A stretch of DNA of 18,463 bases from a virus (Duplodnaviria > Heunggongvirae > Uroviricota > Caudoviricetes). The notes beneath the pieces were generated by a model. It worked only from the letters and a program-made list of their open reading frames with translations. It was not told where the DNA came from and searched no databases. The stretch is from the IMG/VR virus record IMGVR_UViG_2703718769_000006; one strand, 5' to 3'. A program made the position numbers and the translations under genes. Shown here piece after piece: positions 1-8,601 of the stretch (position 1 is its first letter; each line of letters begins with the position of its first letter).

Positions 1-70
1 TCTCCAGGATTCCCGGGGCGGTTCACTCACCACTTGAAAGCGTGAGCTTAACTCATTCTAATTCAATTGC

Positions 71-1234
71 TTATGCTTTCTTTGCATCCTCAAAAACCTC
101 AGGGTGGGACAAATTTGGGACATCGTCACCCAATATGTCGTCAATTTTCCTCGCGTGCTCTGTCAAATGATTAGGTGCAAGGTGTGCGTACCTACGCACC
201 ATTTCGATAGACTCCCAGCCGCCCATTTCCTGAAGTACTGACAGCGGTACACCTGACTGAATTAACCAACTGGCCCAGGTATGGCGGAGGTCATGAAAAC
301 GGAAATTTTCAATTCCTGCCCGACGACATGCTGTTAACCACGATGTGTTATAGTCCAGGCGCATCTTTCTGATGCTTGGTGTCATTGTCCCGTCAGGCCT
401 TCTGGCAGCAGTGGTATAAACAAACACCCAGCGGTGATGTTTGCCTATTTGATCACGCAACACCTTGCAGGCAGTGTCATTCAGTGCGACCCCAATAGCG
501 CGGTTTGACTTACTGTCTTCAGGGTTTACCCAGGCAACACGTCGCTGCATATCGATTTGTTGCCACTCCAGATTAATAATGTTTGATCTCCTCAGGCCAG
601 TTGCCAGTGCAAATTTAACTACAGATTTCAGGGGATCAGAACATGCATCAATGAGTCTCCTGGCTTCTTCTTTTTCCAGCCATCTCACGCGTTTGTTTTT
701 TACGGCAGGTATTTTGATTACAGGTGCTTTTTCAAGCCATTTCCAGTCTCGCTCTGCGGCGCGCAGAATAGCCTTGATCATTGCCAGGTGTGTTGCTTTT
801 GTTTGCGTGCTCACCGATTTAGGTATATAGGCTGGTGGTTCTTTCCCTTTTCTTAATGCAGCCTCCACCTGCAACTTCCATCTCTCCTTTGTTTTTCGGT
901 TATACGCTTTGCTGATAACTGAGTAGATCATTGCCTCCGATATATCCTTAATCCTTATACCCTCGAAATGCTCAATCCAGAATGCGATTCTGGATTTATC
1001 GGAATCGATGGATTTCTTGTCGGCTTTTTCCTCAAGCCATCTCAGGCAGGCTTCTTCGAAAGTGACATCTGGCATATCCCCCAGTTTGTCTACTCGCCAG
1101 AGTTCTGCTTTTCGCTTGTCGTGCAACTCCTGAGCTTGCCGCTTGTCCTTTGTGCCAAGAGACTCCTTAATTCGCTTCCCGCCCGGGAGCGAGTACGAGG
1201 CGTACCATATTTCACCTCTGCGGAAGAGTGACAT
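71..1234 (-). CDS. int: Tyrosine-type phage integrase
   Basis: 387-aa ORF with C-terminal tyrosine recombinase motifs (…[41 protein letters not shown]…). Terminal gene, directly downstream of an excisionase-like ORF. Confidence 0.9.
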   Translation of the reverse strand: MSLFRRGEIWYASYSLPGGKRIKESLGTKDKRQAQELHDKRKAELWRVDKLGDMPDVTFEEACLRWLEEKADKKSIDSDKSRIAFWIEHFEGIRIKDISEAMIYSVISKAYNRKTKERWKLQVEAALRKGKEPPAYIPKSVSTQTKATHLAMIKAILRAAERDWKWLEKAPVIKIPAVKNKRVRWLEKEEARRLIDACSDPLKSVVKFALATGLRRSNIINLEWQQIDMQRRVAWVNPEDSKSNRAIGVALNDTACKVLRDQIGKHHRWVFVYTTAARRPDGTMTPSIRKMRLDYNTSWLTACRRAGIENFRFHDLRHTWASWLIQSGVPLSVLQEMGGWESIEMVRRYAHLAPNHLTEHARKIDDILGDDVPNLSHPEVFEDAKKA

Positions 1235-1461
1235 TTTCTTTCCTCTGTTATGCCATCACCCGCGCTCACCTGGACAGTATGCAGCGGTGAATGAAGTGCT
1301 GCAATGCAGGCTTGCCGGGTTGTGAGATAAGGTGATCTTTTACCGGAAGAATTTTTTCGTGTTGCCTGTAGTCGGCCCGTTCGTATCCAGTTAACAGCTG
1401 TTGGCCTTGATATCTTGAGAAACTGACAGGCCTCTTTGAGGGTGATACTGTGTGAATCCAT
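1090..1461 (-). CDS. xis: Excisionase-like DNA-binding protein (Xis/AlpA-type HTH)
   Basis: The ORF track lists 1090..1554; an internal Met at 1461 begins [31 protein letters not shown], a typical excisionase fold motif. The frame runs with no stop to 1090, overlapping int by about 145 nt. Start and true end are uncertain. Confidence 0.6.
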   Translation of the reverse strand: MDSHSITLKEACQFLKISRPTAVNWIRTGRLQATRKNSSGKRSPYLTTRQACIAALHSPLHTVQVSAGDGITEERKCHSSAEVKYGTPRTRSRAGSELRSLLAQRTSGKLRSCTTSEKQNSGE

Positions 1462-1470
1462 ATTTTTGCC

Positions 1471-1494
1471 ATTAAAAACCGCCCGAAGGCGGTT
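1471..1494 (-). terminator. Rho-independent terminator between the 83-aa gene and xis
   Basis: Minus-strand RNA reads AACCGCC-UUCG-GGCGGUU followed by UUUUAAU (7-bp GC-rich stem, 4-nt loop, U-run), directly after the stop of ORF 1496..1747. Confidence 0.6.
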
Positions 1495-1495
1495 G

Positions 1496-1747
1496 TCAGT
1501 TGATTGATGTACGTCGCATTTTTCGAAGGCTGGCAATATGCATTTCCTTCTCAATTTCCGCTTTAATCATGTGTAGTTCGTTGTGGTCGACTCGCTCAAA
1601 TTCTTCATTAAATGCACCAATTGAAGTGGCTCGGGTTCTGCCGTCGAGTCTTCGGTAGATCACCTGAGTAAGAGTTACCTTGCAGATTTCCACCGGATAG
1701 TTGTTGGCATCGACGAAAGACTGCCCGCGCTGGATCAGGACGAACAC
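1496..1747 (-). CDS. Hypothetical early protein (83 aa)
   Basis: ORF in the pL-operon orientation between exo and xis. No motif recognised. Confidence 0.45.
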   Translation of the reverse strand: MFVLIQRGQSFVDANNYPVEICKVTLTQVIYRRLDGRTRATSIGAFNEEFERVDHNELHMIKAEIEKEMHIASLRKMRRTSIN

Positions 1748-1968
1748 TGGTTATATTCCTGGTGTGCCATATCATAAACACGGCGTGCCGTGAGGTATGT
1801 TGTGGCTAACGTCGTCCGTATCCAGAAACATCCCCGGGTTGTGACGGTCATTTCCGGTACTTTGAACTTCAGTGCATCAACGATATGCTGGTGCTTTCGG
1901 CATTCGAATAGCGAACTGGTGATAACAACACTTGCTGCCGAACCATGACTTTCAAATGAAATATTCAT
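1735..1968 (-). CDS. Hypothetical early protein (about 77 aa)
   Basis: ORF 1735..1983; the Met at 1968 is preceded by GAGG with a 9-nt spacer. Sits immediately downstream of exo. Confidence 0.45.
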   Translation of the reverse strand: MNISFESHGSAASVVITSSLFECRKHQHIVDALKFKVPEMTVTTRGCFWIRTTLATTYLTARRVYDMAHQEYNQCSS

Positions 1969-1992
1969 ATATGAGAACCTCATTGTTACTGG

Positions 1993-2673
1993 CTATCGCC
2001 ATTGCTCCCCAAATACAAAACTAATTTCAGCCAGTGCTTCGTCCATTTTTTCGATGAATTCCGGCACCATCTCGTCAAAACCAGCCATGTATTTTTCATC
2101 CCGCTCGACCACGACATAATGCAGGCCTTCACGCTTCATGCGCGGGTCATAGTTGGCGAAGTACCAGGCATCTTTTCGAGTCACCCACATGCTGAATTGC
2201 ACCTGGGCCATGTAAGCTGATTTTATGGCCTCGAAACCACCGAGCCGGAATTTCATGAAATCCCGGGAGGTAAACGGACATTTCAGCTCAAGGCCGTTGC
2301 CGTCACTGCATAATCCATCCGGAGAGCAGGCGGTACGCATACTTTCGTCGCGATAGATGATCGGGGATTCAGTAATATTCACGCCGGAAGTAAACTCAAA
2401 CAGGGCTCTGGCGTCGTTCTCGTACTGTTTTCCCCATGCCAGGGCTTTGGCGTTAACTTCCGGGGCCACACCCGTGCAGACCTCAGCCAGCAGAGTGTGG
2501 AAGTAGGACATTTTCATGTCAGGCCATTTCTTTCCGGAGCGGGGTTTTGCTATCACGTTGTGAACTTCTGAAGCTGTGATGACCCCGAGCCGTAATTTTT
2601 GCCATGCATAATCTCCCTGCTCGACACCTCTCACGTCGATCCCGGTACGTTGTAGGATAATTTCTGGTGTCAT
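1993..2673 (-). CDS. exo: Lambda-type 5'-3' exonuclease (Red alpha)
   Basis: 226-aa product ([21 protein letters not shown]…GEQWR) is near-identical along its length to lambda Exo as I recall it. Start overlaps the bet stop. Confidence 0.95.
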   Translation of the reverse strand: MTPEIILQRTGIDVRGVEQGDYAWQKLRLGVITASEVHNVIAKPRSGKKWPDMKMSYFHTLLAEVCTGVAPEVNAKALAWGKQYENDARALFEFTSGVNITESPIIYRDESMRTACSPDGLCSDGNGLELKCPFTSRDFMKFRLGGFEAIKSAYMAQVQFSMWVTRKDAWYFANYDPRMKREGLHYVVVERDEKYMAGFDEMVPEFIEKMDEALAEISFVFGEQWR

Positions 2674-3455
2674 GCTGCCACCTTATGCTCTGTGGCTTTC
2701 TGTTTAAGGAATCCAAGAGCCTTCTCTGCTTCGGCTTGGGACAGTTCTGACGACGCTCGAATGTTGCGGCGAAAAATCTGGGAACAGAGCGGCAACAGGT
2801 CGTCATCCCACGTTTTTTCCATGGAAGTAAGAAGGGCGTTAATTTCCGACATGGTTTCTTCGTTAACCGGGGTGATGTCGCGTTCCGGCTGACGTTCTGT
2901 AGTATATGCGGTATTTTCGACAATACGCTCGGCTTCATCCTTGTCATAGATGCCAGCAAATCCGAAGGCCAGGCGAGCACACTGAATCATGGCTTTGTGC
3001 CGTAACATCCGTTTGGGATGCGACTGCCACGGTCCGGTGATTTCTCTGCCTTCGCGGGTTTTGAATGGTGCGCGGCGACATTCATCCATCCACTCGGTAA
3101 CGCAGATCGGGTGATTGCGATCTTTGCGGTAAATCCGGCATGTACAGGACTCATTGTCCTGCTCAAAGTCCATGCCATCAAACTGCTGGTTTTCATTGAT
3201 AATGCGGGACCAGCCATCAACGCCAACCACCGGAACGATGCCGTTCTGCTTGTCAGGGAAGGCGTAAATTTCTTTCGTCCAGGGATTAAGGCCGTACTGG
3301 TTGGCGACGATCAACAATGCGATAAATTGCGCATCGCTGGCATCACCTTTAAATGCCGTCTGGCGAAGAGTGGTGATTAGTTCCTGTGGGTCGACAGAAT
3401 CCATGCCGACACGTTCAGCCAGCTTCCCTGCCAGCGTTGCGAGTGCTGTACTCAT
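2670..3455 (-). CDS. bet: Single-strand annealing recombinase Bet (Red beta)
   Basis: 261-aa product ([66 protein letters not shown]…) matches lambda Bet over its full length from memory. Confidence 0.95.
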   Translation of the reverse strand: MSTALATLAGKLAERVGMDSVDPQELITTLRQTAFKGDASDAQFIALLIVANQYGLNPWTKEIYAFPDKQNGIVPVVGVDGWSRIINENQQFDGMDFEQDNESCTCRIYRKDRNHPICVTEWMDECRRAPFKTREGREITGPWQSHPKRMLRHKAMIQCARLAFGFAGIYDKDEAERIVENTAYTTERQPERDITPVNEETMSEINALLTSMEKTWDDDLLPLCSQIFRRNIRASSELSQAEAEKALGFLKQKATEHKVAA

Positions 3456-3460
3456 CCGTT

Positions 3461-3757
3461 TTATACCTCTGAATCAATATTAATTTGGTGACGGGCGATG
3501 GTTTCAGCCATGTAGCGGATGTGTTCTGCCATGCGTTCCTGAAAATCGACATCGTCATCAAATGCACGGGAAATAGCTTTTTTGCTGGCCCCGTGACGTT
3601 GCAGATTATCGATGCATAGCGATTCAAACAGGTGTTGGGGCAGACCTTTTTCCAGGTCGTCTGCCAGCTCAGCTTCAGTTTCTTCACGGGCAATTTGCTG
3701 GTAGTGTCGTGCCCATGACTGCTCTTCAATGCGATCGGGGATAAGCCAGGCATTCAT
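3461..3757 (-). CDS. gam: RecBCD inhibitor Gam (short, 98-aa form)
   Basis: Product (…[48 protein letters not shown]…) matches lambda Gam. SD GGAGG lies 9 nt upstream; the ATG overlaps the TGA of the upstream ORF (ATGA). Confidence 0.9.
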   Translation of the reverse strand: MNAWLIPDRIEEQSWARHYQQIAREETEAELADDLEKGLPQHLFESLCIDNLQRHGASKKAISRAFDDDVDFQERMAEHIRYMAETIARHQINIDSEV

Positions 3758-5826
3758 GATTTATCACCTCCGAAATTTTCAAGCCTGTTGGCAATCATGA
3801 TGGCGATATCAGGGATTGCTGGCGCTGTGGCTATACATGCGGGGTTGGCGCACAAACCATAGACGGCGGCAATCACGAGCTGTCTTTTCCAGTCGAGAGT
3901 TACTGGCTCAGAATTGGCGTCATCGCCGGACGTATCACTGCCTGGCTCGTTCTGAACAACGGTTTCGCCCTCCTGAGCGGCATCAACAGAGTTTTCCTGA
4001 ATGATCTTCTCCTCAGTTTGTGCTGAGTCTTCTCCATCAGCGGCGTCATTTTCTCCAAAAGTTTCTGTGTAAGTGCTATCGCCCATTACCGCACTACAGT
4101 CAGGGCAGTTACCCCCGCCAGTCTGACCACAGACGCGGCAGTTTTTTTCCAGCTCCGGTTGCGCTACTGGGGCTGGCTGTTGCTCTTCTGGCCCGTTTTG
4201 TTGCGTATCCGGGCTGTTTTGTCCCGCTTCTGGGGCAATTTGTTCCACTTTGGACTGATTCTGGTCCTCAGTGTCGCGAGCCTGGATCCCCTTAATCCAC
4301 TTCGGGTCGGTTGGGGCGCTGATGCCTTCAACGAACTCCCCACGAGAGGCAGCCAGCAATTTGTCTGCATCGACAGGATTTTTGGGCGAAATGTTTTTCC
4401 TGGCTTCATGGAGTTCTGCTCTCAGTTCCTGGTATTTCGTTTCTACAGATGAGACATTTTCCAGTGATTGCGTGTCCGCATTATGTTTAACTGGAATTTC
4501 TTCCACTGACTCAGGCGCTGCCTGTTCATTAGACATTGCGTCCGATGTTTGCTGCTTTTCTTCATCGTCATGTATCTCTTCTGCTGTTCCGCGCTGCGGC
4601 ATTGGGGCTGATGAGCGACCGCAGGCGATTTCCACGATTTCCGGATCCGGGTTAGAGTGATCGGTTTCGGTCAACACTTTGTTGAGATATTCAGTCACGC
4701 GCGCCGGGATAGCCTCAATGCCGATTGGTGCTTCTTTCACTGAAGCCACCACAATGGCGCGGGAATAATCCAGCCCACCGGGCATGGCGATGAATTTGTC
4801 ACGGAAAACAGAAAAGGGCGGCTTATTCTCTGACACGATTTCTTCAACGCGTTTTGCGTGTGCTGGGTGCAGGTTATAAATATCCACATCCATTGAACGG
4901 GCCAGAACGCCAGTGGCAATGTCTCGCGCCAGTGATGCCTGATTGTGGGTAAAGCCTTCGCCACGATCGGTAAGATTTCCGCCGCCAGCGTTAGCACCGG
5001 AAGGCGTACGAGTGATGCCTGTAACATAATTTCCTTTCTGCCATTCTTTTGCCAGCAATCCCTGATCCACATAGTCTGTTTTCATCCAGGTGGAGATGAA
5101 CTTGTCGAATTCAGCCGGGCTGATGCGATGATTTGCAGAGTGGGGGAATGCTTTCCCTACAGATTCAGCTAGGCGACTAAGGTGATGGTTCGTCAGTTTA
5201 TCCAGTTCATGATGCGCGGCGCGCACAGCAGTAAGCAGGCTCTGAAGGTAACTGTCCTCTGTGTCCATCTCCATACGGATCACGTTATTGCGTTGTTCTG
5301 GTGTGGCATGATGCCGGTATTTTCCATCTTCATCTTTGCTGAATAAGAAGAGGTGAAGGAAGCGATGAGTAAGGCTCAGAGTGGCGACGGGAATTTCACA
5401 CTCAGAACAGTCATCGTCGCTGTCCGGGGATTCGCTTTTCTCCACATCATCCGGAATAGTTCCGTCCAGGTTATCGTTGTCATCGCCAGCAGTTGTGGCA
5501 TCTTCACCGTTGATGTTGTCATCGAAGGGGATAGCCATCATGGTGATGCCATCGTTACCGCCTTTTTCATAGCGGTTGCAGAATTCAGTATCAAACACGC
5601 CTTCCGGTGGAAGGTCATTCACGACGGGGAAATTTACGCGAACGGGTTTTTTGAAATCATCCTCGTCGTAGCCTGCATCGTCCATGGCTGCAATGCAGCG
5701 GGAAACTGCGACAGAAAGTTTTCTGGCCTCGGTCCAGAAAAAACCGCCTTTGATGTCAAGGCGTTTTCTGACTTTATCGTTTTTTGCTTCGCAGTGTAGT
5801 GCAAAAGTCTGTTTATCAGCACTCAT
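3754..5826 (-). CDS. Large acidic protein of unknown function (690 aa)
   Basis: Long uninterrupted ORF in the pL direction with a 4-nt ATGA overlap to gam. Contains long D/E/Q-rich low-complexity stretches, a CxxC-x8-CxxC motif ([16 protein letters not shown]) and a non-acidic central segment (…[42 protein letters not shown]…). No family recognised. Confidence 0.75.
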   Translation of the reverse strand: MSADKQTFALHCEAKNDKVRKRLDIKGGFFWTEARKLSVAVSRCIAAMDDAGYDEDDFKKPVRVNFPVVNDLPPEGVFDTEFCNRYEKGGNDGITMMAIPFDDNINGEDATTAGDDNDNLDGTIPDDVEKSESPDSDDDCSECEIPVATLSLTHRFLHLFLFSKDEDGKYRHHATPEQRNNVIRMEMDTEDSYLQSLLTAVRAAHHELDKLTNHHLSRLAESVGKAFPHSANHRISPAEFDKFISTWMKTDYVDQGLLAKEWQKGNYVTGITRTPSGANAGGGNLTDRGEGFTHNQASLARDIATGVLARSMDVDIYNLHPAHAKRVEEIVSENKPPFSVFRDKFIAMPGGLDYSRAIVVASVKEAPIGIEAIPARVTEYLNKVLTETDHSNPDPEIVEIACGRSSAPMPQRGTAEEIHDDEEKQQTSDAMSNEQAAPESVEEIPVKHNADTQSLENVSSVETKYQELRAELHEARKNISPKNPVDADKLLAASRGEFVEGISAPTDPKWIKGIQARDTEDQNQSKVEQIAPEAGQNSPDTQQNGPEEQQPAPVAQPELEKNCRVCGQTGGGNCPDCSAVMGDSTYTETFGENDAADGEDSAQTEEKIIQENSVDAAQEGETVVQNEPGSDTSGDDANSEPVTLDWKRQLVIAAVYGLCANPACIATAPAIPDIAIMIANRLENFGGDKS

Positions 5827-5900
5827 TGTATTTAAACCTCTGGCTGGATTAGAATTAGCGGCCCTTTGTCTGATTTCTCCGAATACGGTGACGCAGGGAG

Positions 5901-5937
5901 AAATCCGGTAGCCTGCGCTGCCGGATTTTTATTTCAG
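5901..5937 (+). terminator. Hairpin with U-run, oriented mainly for plus-strand transcription
   Basis: AAATCCGG-(12-nt loop)-CCGGATTT followed by TTTTATTTC on the plus strand. On the minus strand only UUUCUCC follows the stem. Lies between the 128-aa gene stop and the 690-aa gene start. Confidence 0.4.
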
Positions 5938-6320
5938 TGGAAGGTTGCCTGGTTTGCTGTTTTGTTAGTTGTTTTTTCCTTTTCGTGCTGGCATTCGGGG
6001 CAGTCGCACTCAGGATTTTCTCTTGCAAACTCAAGAGCCAGCGCCAGTTCATGGATTTGTTGTGCTTCAATGTTGCTTCTGACGACTTCACATGCGGCAT
6101 GAATATATGGGCTTGGTGTTTTGCCATTTAACCCACATGAAACCAAACGACTGTCTTTATATTCGTTATTTCCAACTTCTGTAAGCACTGAAAAAGAAAA
6201 TACAAAGTCGATTTTGTATTCTTTGCATATTTTACTGATGCGGTTTGCAATTTCATTAAGTTCATTTACTGCTGTCTTTTCGGTTTCAGAAAAGATTTGG
6301 TCAGGATTAAGTTCTTTCAC
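5934..6320 (-). CDS. Hypothetical protein (128 aa) with C-terminal Cys cluster
   Basis: ORF in an AT-rich segment; GTG start with AAAGGA 8 nt upstream; C-terminal CDCPEC motif. No family recognised. Confidence 0.5.
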   Translation of the reverse strand: MKELNPDQIFSETEKTAVNELNEIANRISKICKEYKIDFVFSFSVLTEVGNNEYKDSRLVSCGLNGKTPSPYIHAACEVVRSNIEAQQIHELALALEFARENPECDCPECQHEKEKTTNKTANQATFH

Positions 6321-6409
6321 TTTATATGTCCTTTTTTTAAGGCCTATGGTGCTGTTATATCTGGCATGAAACTGAATTGTCTGAATATCAAGTTGAGGGG
6401 TTAGAGTTC

Positions 6410-6670
6410 ATGTGCCATCTGGTCATTTTCGGCGCATTGCTTACTGCAATATTGCCGCTCTTCGGTTACGGGGATTGTGCCTTTCATAAAATGAAGATGA
6501 CTTTTAACGGATTTGGTTTGTTCGGTTTCCTTATTGCAGAGATGGTAGGCACATTTTATTTTTACATTTATCACCATGACTCCGCTTTTACAGGTAAACC
6601 ATCACGTCCGAGGAAGACTTTAATCATGCAATCGGTAATGCATGTTTTTGTCGTGAAGTTACGAATATAG
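6410..6670 (+). CDS. Putative small membrane protein with two hydrophobic helices
   Basis: ORF 6377..6670; an internal Met at 6410 ([20 protein letters not shown]…[21 protein letters not shown]) gives two hydrophobic segments. Plus strand, divergent from the 128-aa gene and overlapping the 3' end of the minus ORF 6571..6792. Confidence 0.3.
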   Translation: MCHLVIFGALLTAILPLFGYGDCAFHKMKMTFNGFGLFGFLIAEMVGTFYFYIYHHDSAFTGKPSRPRKTLIMQSVMHVFVVKLRI

Positions 6671-6792
6671 AGTTTTCTCTTTTCAATATTGTTTGCTGAA
6701 GCGATATATGTCCGCCCTTCATGAAGAACATAATCGCCAGGTGTCACGCACTGACGTGGTATTTCATCAGTTCTGAAGTGATGAGCAATCAT
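6571..6792 (-). CDS. Hypothetical protein (about 73 aa)
   Basis: ORF 6571..6810; the Met at 6792 is preceded by GGAG with a 6-nt spacer. In the pL-operon orientation. Confidence 0.35.
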   Translation of the reverse strand: MIAHHFRTDEIPRQCVTPGDYVLHEGRTYIASANNIEKRKLYIRNFTTKTCITDCMIKVFLGRDGLPVKAESW

Positions 6793-6965
6793 AATTATCT
6801 CCATTTTCACAAATGAACTTTGTTGATGCGGTGCCTGGTGCCTCCAGGTGACGTTAACCAGTTAACAATTAACGCCGGGTCAGGGGACGATGACTTTCCG
6901 TGACATCCTGTCGGTTTAACTGTTCCGCGTGCGCTGAGCCGCATTCACCGCATCACAAAATTCAC

Positions 6966-7011
6966 TTTAAAAAAGGGCGGATATCAGCCAGCAATTAAAC
7001 TGATATCCGCC
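6966..7011 (-). terminator. Strong rho-independent terminator, possibly the 3' end of a small RNA
   Basis: Perfect 12-bp inverted repeat GGCGGATATCAG…CTGATATCCGCC (6976-6987 / 7000-7011) followed on the minus strand by UUUUUU. Sits inside a 440-bp stretch with no minus-strand ORF (6811-7252). Confidence 0.55.
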
Positions 7012-7165
7012 AATGACTACACACAGCAATGTTGTTATTCACAACCGGAAGCGCACGGTCGAAGAAATCTAACGACAAGCCTTCAAAGGGAAAGAGTCTT
7101 CGCCGTGCGCTTTCGTGTTGCACCCTGGCTTTTCAGGGTAATATCTGTTCAGTAAACTGACAGTG

Positions 7166-7194
7166 CCGGATGCTCACCCGTGTCCGGCGCACGA
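7166..7194 (+). promoter_or_regulatory. Conserved leader element, copy A
   Basis: CCGGATGCTCACCCGTGTCCGGCGCACGA; 27 of 29 positions match the reverse complement of 15775-15803. It ends exactly 58 nt upstream of the ATG at 7253 and is followed by the hairpin CTCCAC-N7-GTGGAG. Confidence 0.5.
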
Positions 7195-7252
7195 ACTCCA
7201 CCTGACCCGTGGAGAACTCCTCAACTACAAACCCCGTAAGGAGAGTGAATTT

Positions 7253-7462
7253 ATGACACAAGAAGAAAAAGTGATGTTTCTGATGCGGCTGGCTGTCGAT
7301 ACCTACAACACACAATTCAGGGAGAAAGATATACCTCAAAAGGCAGTTCCTGCCGCGGTAGATAAGGGCGGTGCTATTGCCGTATTTTACGATGCATTTG
7401 AATCATTTTTTGATGAAAAACTCGATGCTGTTAGCGACTTCGGAACATCGAGTAATAAATAA
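7253..7462 (+). CDS. Small hypothetical protein A (69 aa), antisense to the pL operon
   Basis: Strong SD AAGGAGAG 7 nt before the ATG at 7253 (ORF track 7163..7462). Product MTQEEKVMFLMRLAVDTYNTQFREKD… Overlaps the 3' end of the convergent minus ORF by about 32 nt. Confidence 0.5.
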   Translation: MTQEEKVMFLMRLAVDTYNTQFREKDIPQKAVPAAVDKGGAIAVFYDAFESFFDEKLDAVSDFGTSSNK

Positions 7463-7790
7463 CGTTCATTACGGTTCTTAAACAACAATCAGTGGGCTTG
7501 ATGTTGTTCTTTTCAAGCTCACTTGCCATCACTTCCATTATTCTTGCGCTTACACGAATTATTTGGTGGCTGTAAGCGACGCAACTGTCGCTGATATTGC
7601 TGTTTATTTCTATTACTTCATTTTCACCATTAGCATCAACTTCGGATGCGCTGTTTTCATTATCCTGTTTCAGTGCTTTTTCTGCCATCTGGATGCGTGT
7701 CAGCGTTGCGGAATTTGGGCTAAGTCGATAAACCTGTTTGGCATCTTCCAGAAGCAGGGCGATAATGTGCTTCAGTTCTGTTTCGTTCAT
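7431..7790 (-). CDS. Hypothetical protein (about 119 aa)
   Basis: ORF 7431..7811; the Met at 7790 has GGAG 6 nt upstream. Lies 31 nt downstream of the 238-aa gene, suggesting an operon. Confidence 0.5.
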   Translation of the reverse strand: MNETELKHIIALLLEDAKQVYRLSPNSATLTRIQMAEKALKQDNENSASEVDANGENEVIEINSNISDSCVAYSHQIIRVSARIMEVMASELEKNNIKPTDCCLRTVMNVIYYSMFRSR

Positions 7791-7821
7791 AGTTAACTCC
7801 GGTAGTTGCAATTTATTAATA

Positions 7822-8535
7822 TCAGGCGGTCAGTTCTTTAAGCTTCTGAACAGCTTTATTCATTTCATCCATACAGTCGATGAATTCGTCCAGTTTAAGC
7901 TGCATTTTTCCGGCGGCCTGAAGAATTTCAAGTTTTAAGGGCGCAAGTTTTTTGTTGAATACATCATCTTCCTGGCGTTTTTTCTCCGCAATTTCGGCGG
8001 CTTTCAGCAATTCTTCCGCCTGCTTTCTGAGTATTTCTGGTGAAGGTGAAACTGCTTTTAGGTTATTCATTTCAGGTTCCTGTTGTTGCAGAATTAATTT
8101 GTTGCATTCTCTGCGTGAGCGTTTCATTGCAGATTCGCACTTCTTGCAATAAATGGCTCTCCCGTCACGTTTGCTGGCATCTGAATAAAAATCATCGACT
8201 GATTTTGTCTGCCCGCATCTGGTACATAATTTTGATTGAAGGTCCTTAATGATTGTGACGTTTCCTTCCCGCTTGGGATATCCATATTTTTTGTGGCGGA
8301 AAAAGGTTACTCCGTTACCAGAACCTTCTTTTCTGACCTTAAATACAATGATGCTTTCCCGTTTATCGATAAAATCTATGAGCTGGTTTCTCTCCTTTCC
8401 TGACAGTTCGGCAAATGTCTTAACTTTTTTAGTAACTTCCGTAAGGCGAACGCCGTCAGGCATTTTTTCAACGAAGTTTTTAATCTCTGCAAGCGGACGC
8501 CATAATTTTTGCGGCAAAACTGAAGGCGTGGTCAT
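7822..8535 (-). CDS. Hypothetical protein with Cys4 zinc-ribbon-like motif and C-terminal predicted coiled coil (237 aa)
   Basis: ATG at 8535 preceded by GAGGTG. Motif CTRCGQTK…x21…CKKCESAMKR; K/E-rich heptad-like C-terminus. No family recognised. Confidence 0.6.
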   Translation of the reverse strand: MTTPSVLPQKLWRPLAEIKNFVEKMPDGVRLTEVTKKVKTFAELSGKERNQLIDFIDKRESIIVFKVRKEGSGNGVTFFRHKKYGYPKREGNVTIIKDLQSKLCTRCGQTKSVDDFYSDASKRDGRAIYCKKCESAMKRSRRECNKLILQQQEPEMNNLKAVSPSPEILRKQAEELLKAAEIAEKKRQEDDVFNKKLAPLKLEILQAAGKMQLKLDEFIDCMDEMNKAVQKLKELTA

Positions 8536-8572
8536 CAATCACCTCGCTTTTTTTTACTGATTTGTTTATGCC

Positions 8573-8601
8573 AAAAATAAAGGCCACCATCAGGCAGCCT
8601 T
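8573..8601 (-). terminator. Terminator-like hairpin after the ral-like ORF (has U-runs on both strands)
   Basis: Minus-strand RNA AAGGCUGCC-UGAU-GGUGGCCUU followed by UAUUUUUGG. The plus strand also has GTTTTTCTGTTT after the stem. Confidence 0.45.

Noticed and set aside
1-70. Phage attachment site or a tRNA/host-gene remnant at the window start
   Set aside because: By analogy with lambda the att core should lie within about 100 bp downstream of the int stop, i.e. at or beyond position 1. I could not identify a tRNA 3' end, a recognisable host gene fragment or a repeated core within the window, so no att call is made.
465-1325. Plus-strand ORFs 465..830, 968..1231 and 1143..1325
   Set aside because: All lie antisense within the integrase and excisionase coding regions, have no recognisable motifs and are low-complexity; they are most likely shadow ORFs.
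2002-3483. ORFs antisense to or overlapping exo, bet and gam (2002..2220, 2519..2980, 2692..2892, 2987..3226, 3018..3380, 3301..3483, 3415..3753)
   Set aside because: exo, bet and gam are confidently identified in the other frames; these are alternative-frame artefacts.
3816-5911. Multiple ORFs of 60-150 aa antisense to or out of frame with the 690-aa gene
   Set aside because: They sit inside a long uninterrupted ORF with operon context; their translations are low-complexity (Ser/Arg/Leu-rich), as expected for non-coding frames.
7145-7163. CTGTTCAGT-AA-ACTGACAG as a possible LexA (SOS) box
   Set aside because: The CTG…CAG arms are 19 bp apart in total rather than the 16-bp CTGT-N8-ACAG spacing of LexA boxes. 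Kept only as an unexplained imperfect palindrome.
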